NCBI GenBank assembly: GCA_965223905.1
Contig: CBDCXV010000011.1
Coordinates: 1,376,001-1,440,000, forward strand
Length of the DNA: 64,000 nt
Direction of reading: 5' to 3'
DNA from: Candidatus Latescibacterota bacterium
GTDB taxonomy: Bacteria; Latescibacterota; UBA2968; UBA8231
In this document: positions 61,565-64,000 of the stretch, one piece after another
Position numbering within the stretch: position 1 is the first letter of the stretch
Layout: the number at the start of each line of letters is the position of its first letter
The notes under the pieces: generated by a model
Told to the model about the DNA's origin: nothing
Seen by the model: only the letters and a program-made list of their open reading frames with translations
Databases searched by the model: none
Made by a program: the position numbers and the translations under genes

Positions 61565-64000
61565 CTACTGCGGCCCCGCATCCCCGAACCGGGTGCGGAT
61601 GTATTCCCTGGTGTCGTCGGGTGAGAGCTTCACGGTTCCCGGGCCGCTGCGCACGAAGAAATCGCCCCCCTCCTCCTTCTCCACCCCCTTCCACCTGAGG
61701 AACACCGGTTCCGGGCTGCGCTGGCAGCTCACCGCGCAGACCCCCTTGCCGCCGACGATCTGAATCCCCGGATCGATGCAGGTTCCGGCGCGGTCGCCGA
61801 GGCCGTTGCGCACCACCTGTGCGAGATGGCGCATGAACTTGTCGTCGTTTTCGAGCCGGTCGCGTTCGATCCCGACGACGGCCCCGTCGTCGGCCACGCC
61901 GAGCAGGAGATCCCCACCCTCGGTATTGAGGAATGCGGCGATGGTCTTGAGCGCGGCGTGGGTCACCCGTTGGTCGTCCTTGCCGTCCTCCACCAGGTTC
62001 CAGCGCAGCGTGGACTTGAACTCCAGGGTCTTCGACTCACCCCTCTGGATCAGCTCCTCGGCGCTGCGGTGGCTGTGGAGGTACTGGTCGAAGAGGAGAT
62101 CCCTGATCACCTCTCCAAAGGCCCGGTCGTCGGTGATCCGCTTGTAGAGATCGAAATTGGAATCGACGATCTCCTGGATCACCTGACTGACCTTGTGGTC
62201 GAAGGTAAGCCGCACGTTGTCGCGCGTGTTCACTCTCGCCGCGGCGTCGAGGGCGGGGTCCCCTTCGAGCTTCTCCATCATCTGGCCGAGAGTGACGCGG
62301 TGCTCGGGCCCGAGCGCGAGCCCGAAGCGCTCGTTCAGCTCGGCGATGATGCGCGAAAGCGTCTCCATCTCTTCGGGCACGTGTCCGTGCGCTTCCTTCG
62401 TGCCGATGGGGTCGAGCACCCCTGCCTTGCGCTCGAGACCGATCTTGCCGCTGGCCGTCTCCTGAATCCGGTAGGACTCCATGTCGATGTTCTGCTGCAC
62501 CTCGAGGGGCAGCTCGGCCCGCTCCGGGCGCAACAGGCGAAGCAGGTGCCTGGCGAAGACGTACAGCTTCTCCAGGTCGGAATCCGAGAAAGGCAGCACC
62601 TGGGACAGAAACGCGTAGAGCCCCACGAAGTCGGTGAGCTGCCCCCGGAAATCCTGCCGCTCTTCCTCGTGCAGCTCTTTGAAGCGCTCGACGACCGGAT
62701 TCAGCAGCGGCTGCAGCTGGTCCTGCGCAGCGGTGTCATTGAAATAGAGTCTGGCGAAGCCGTCGACGTCGGCCGGAGCAAAGACCGGGAAAGCGGTCAG
62801 ACGCGTCTGGATTTCGTAGAGCAGGTTGGGATCGGTCTCTTCCGACAGCAGGGTGGTCTCGTAAGTAGGGCTCGAAGGCGGCCTTGATCCCGTCGGCCTC
62901 GTTGGCGAAGTCGAGCACCAGGGTCCCCTGCTTTCCCGCCTTTGTGCGGTTGAGCCGCGACAGGGTCTGCACCGCGTTCACGCCGCCGAGCTTCTTGTCG
63001 ACGTACATCGTGTGCAGCAACGGCTGGTCGAACCCGGTCTGGAACTTGTTGGCGACGATCAGAAAGCGGTAGTCCGGCCCTTCGAAGGTCCTGGCGGTCT
63101 GCGCCTCGGAGACCTTGTTCATGCCCGGCTCGGTGTAGGTTTCGCCCCCATCGTTTCGCCCCCATCCTTGACGGAACCGGAGAAGGCAACCAGCGCCTTG
63201 AACGGATTCCCCAGCTCCCCGAGATGCCGGTCCACCGCCAGCTTGTAGCGCACCGCGTGCAGGCGCGAGCGGGTGACGATCATCGCCTTGGCCCTGCCGC
63301 CGATCTGGTTCTGCACCTGCCCGGTGAAGTGCTCGATCAGGATGCGCACCTTCTCGCCGATGGCGTGCGGGTGCAGGTCGACATAGGACTTTAGCAGATG
63401 GGCGGCTTTCTGCTTGTCGTAGCGCGGATCCTCCTCGACCGTCTTCCACAGCCGCCAGTAGGCCTTGCAGGTGGTGTAGCTCTCCAGGACGTCGAGGATG
63501 AACCCCTCCTCGATGGCCTGGCGCATGCTGTAGAGGTGGAACGGCGCGAACGAGCCGCCGGCGCGCTTGGTTCCGAACAGCTCCAGCGTCTTGGGCTTGG
63601 GCGTCGCCGTGAAGGCGAAGGTCGACAGATTGGGCAGCCGCCCGCGCTTCTCCATCTCGGACAGGATCGCGTTCTCGAGCTCCTCTTCGGGGGTCTCCGC
63701 CCCGGATTCCTCGCTCTCCGCCTCTTCGAGCGAAGCCGGAGCCAGCACCGACTTCAGGCTCTTGGTGCTCTCCCCCGACTGCGACGAGTGCGCCTCGTCG
63801 ACGATCAGCGCGAACCGCTTGCCCGGCAGCTCGTCGATCTGTCCGGCGATCACCGGAAACTTCTGCAGCGTGGTGACGATGATGGTCTTGCCCGCCTCGA
63901 GCGCATCCCTGAGCTGGCGCGAGGTGGTGTCGATGTTCTCCACCACCCCCAGGGTCTGCTCGAACTGGCGCATGGTGCTCTGCAGCGCGCGGTCGAGCAC
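61565..64000 (-). pseudogene. hsdR: Type I restriction subunit HsdR (5' end outside window) fused to C-terminal Schlafen/AlbA_2 domain; two frameshifts
   Basis: TTLQKF, DEAHSSQ, FTATPK, QTGFDQP, VQTLSRLNR; tail GESKTLEFKS...AAFLNTEGG.LLLGVADDG...FFVRSG; 14-bp tandem duplication at 63139-63166 and an extra base near 62864. Confidence 0.88.

Overview
GC-rich bacterial accessory region. High-GC catabolic genes (five PhyH-type Fe(II)/2-oxoglutarate dioxygenases, sulfatase, enolase-superfamily enzyme, GH95-like hydrolase, idonate dehydrogenase, lipoprotein substrate-binding proteins) alternate with lower-GC defence modules. The gene mix and a C-terminal PNPFNSSTQI/FlgD-Ig sorting-type domain suggest an FCB-related lineage such as Latescibacterota/Gemmatimonadota, possibly a sponge symbiont (inference only). 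The best candidate for an undescribed system is a translationally coupled operon at 1-6533: an unknown protein, three divergent BrxD/DUF2791-like P-loop ATPases (one with a Tudor/SH3-like N-terminus) and an Lhr/BrxHI-like SF2 helicase that runs off the window edge. Other defence genes are a type III R-M system with mod split by an IS66 and res split by an ISL3 (both with 8-bp target duplications) followed by a HEPN gene, a frameshifted type I HsdR fused to a Schlafen/AlbA_2 domain, a low-GC SLATT-like islet, an AAA_14-DUF4143 gene and three TA modules. Three inserted segments are bracketed by duplicated 3' ends of protein-coding genes, two of them nested. No rRNA, tRNA or CRISPR array was seen. 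The single-base frameshifts at 47.4-50.7 kb may be sequencing errors.
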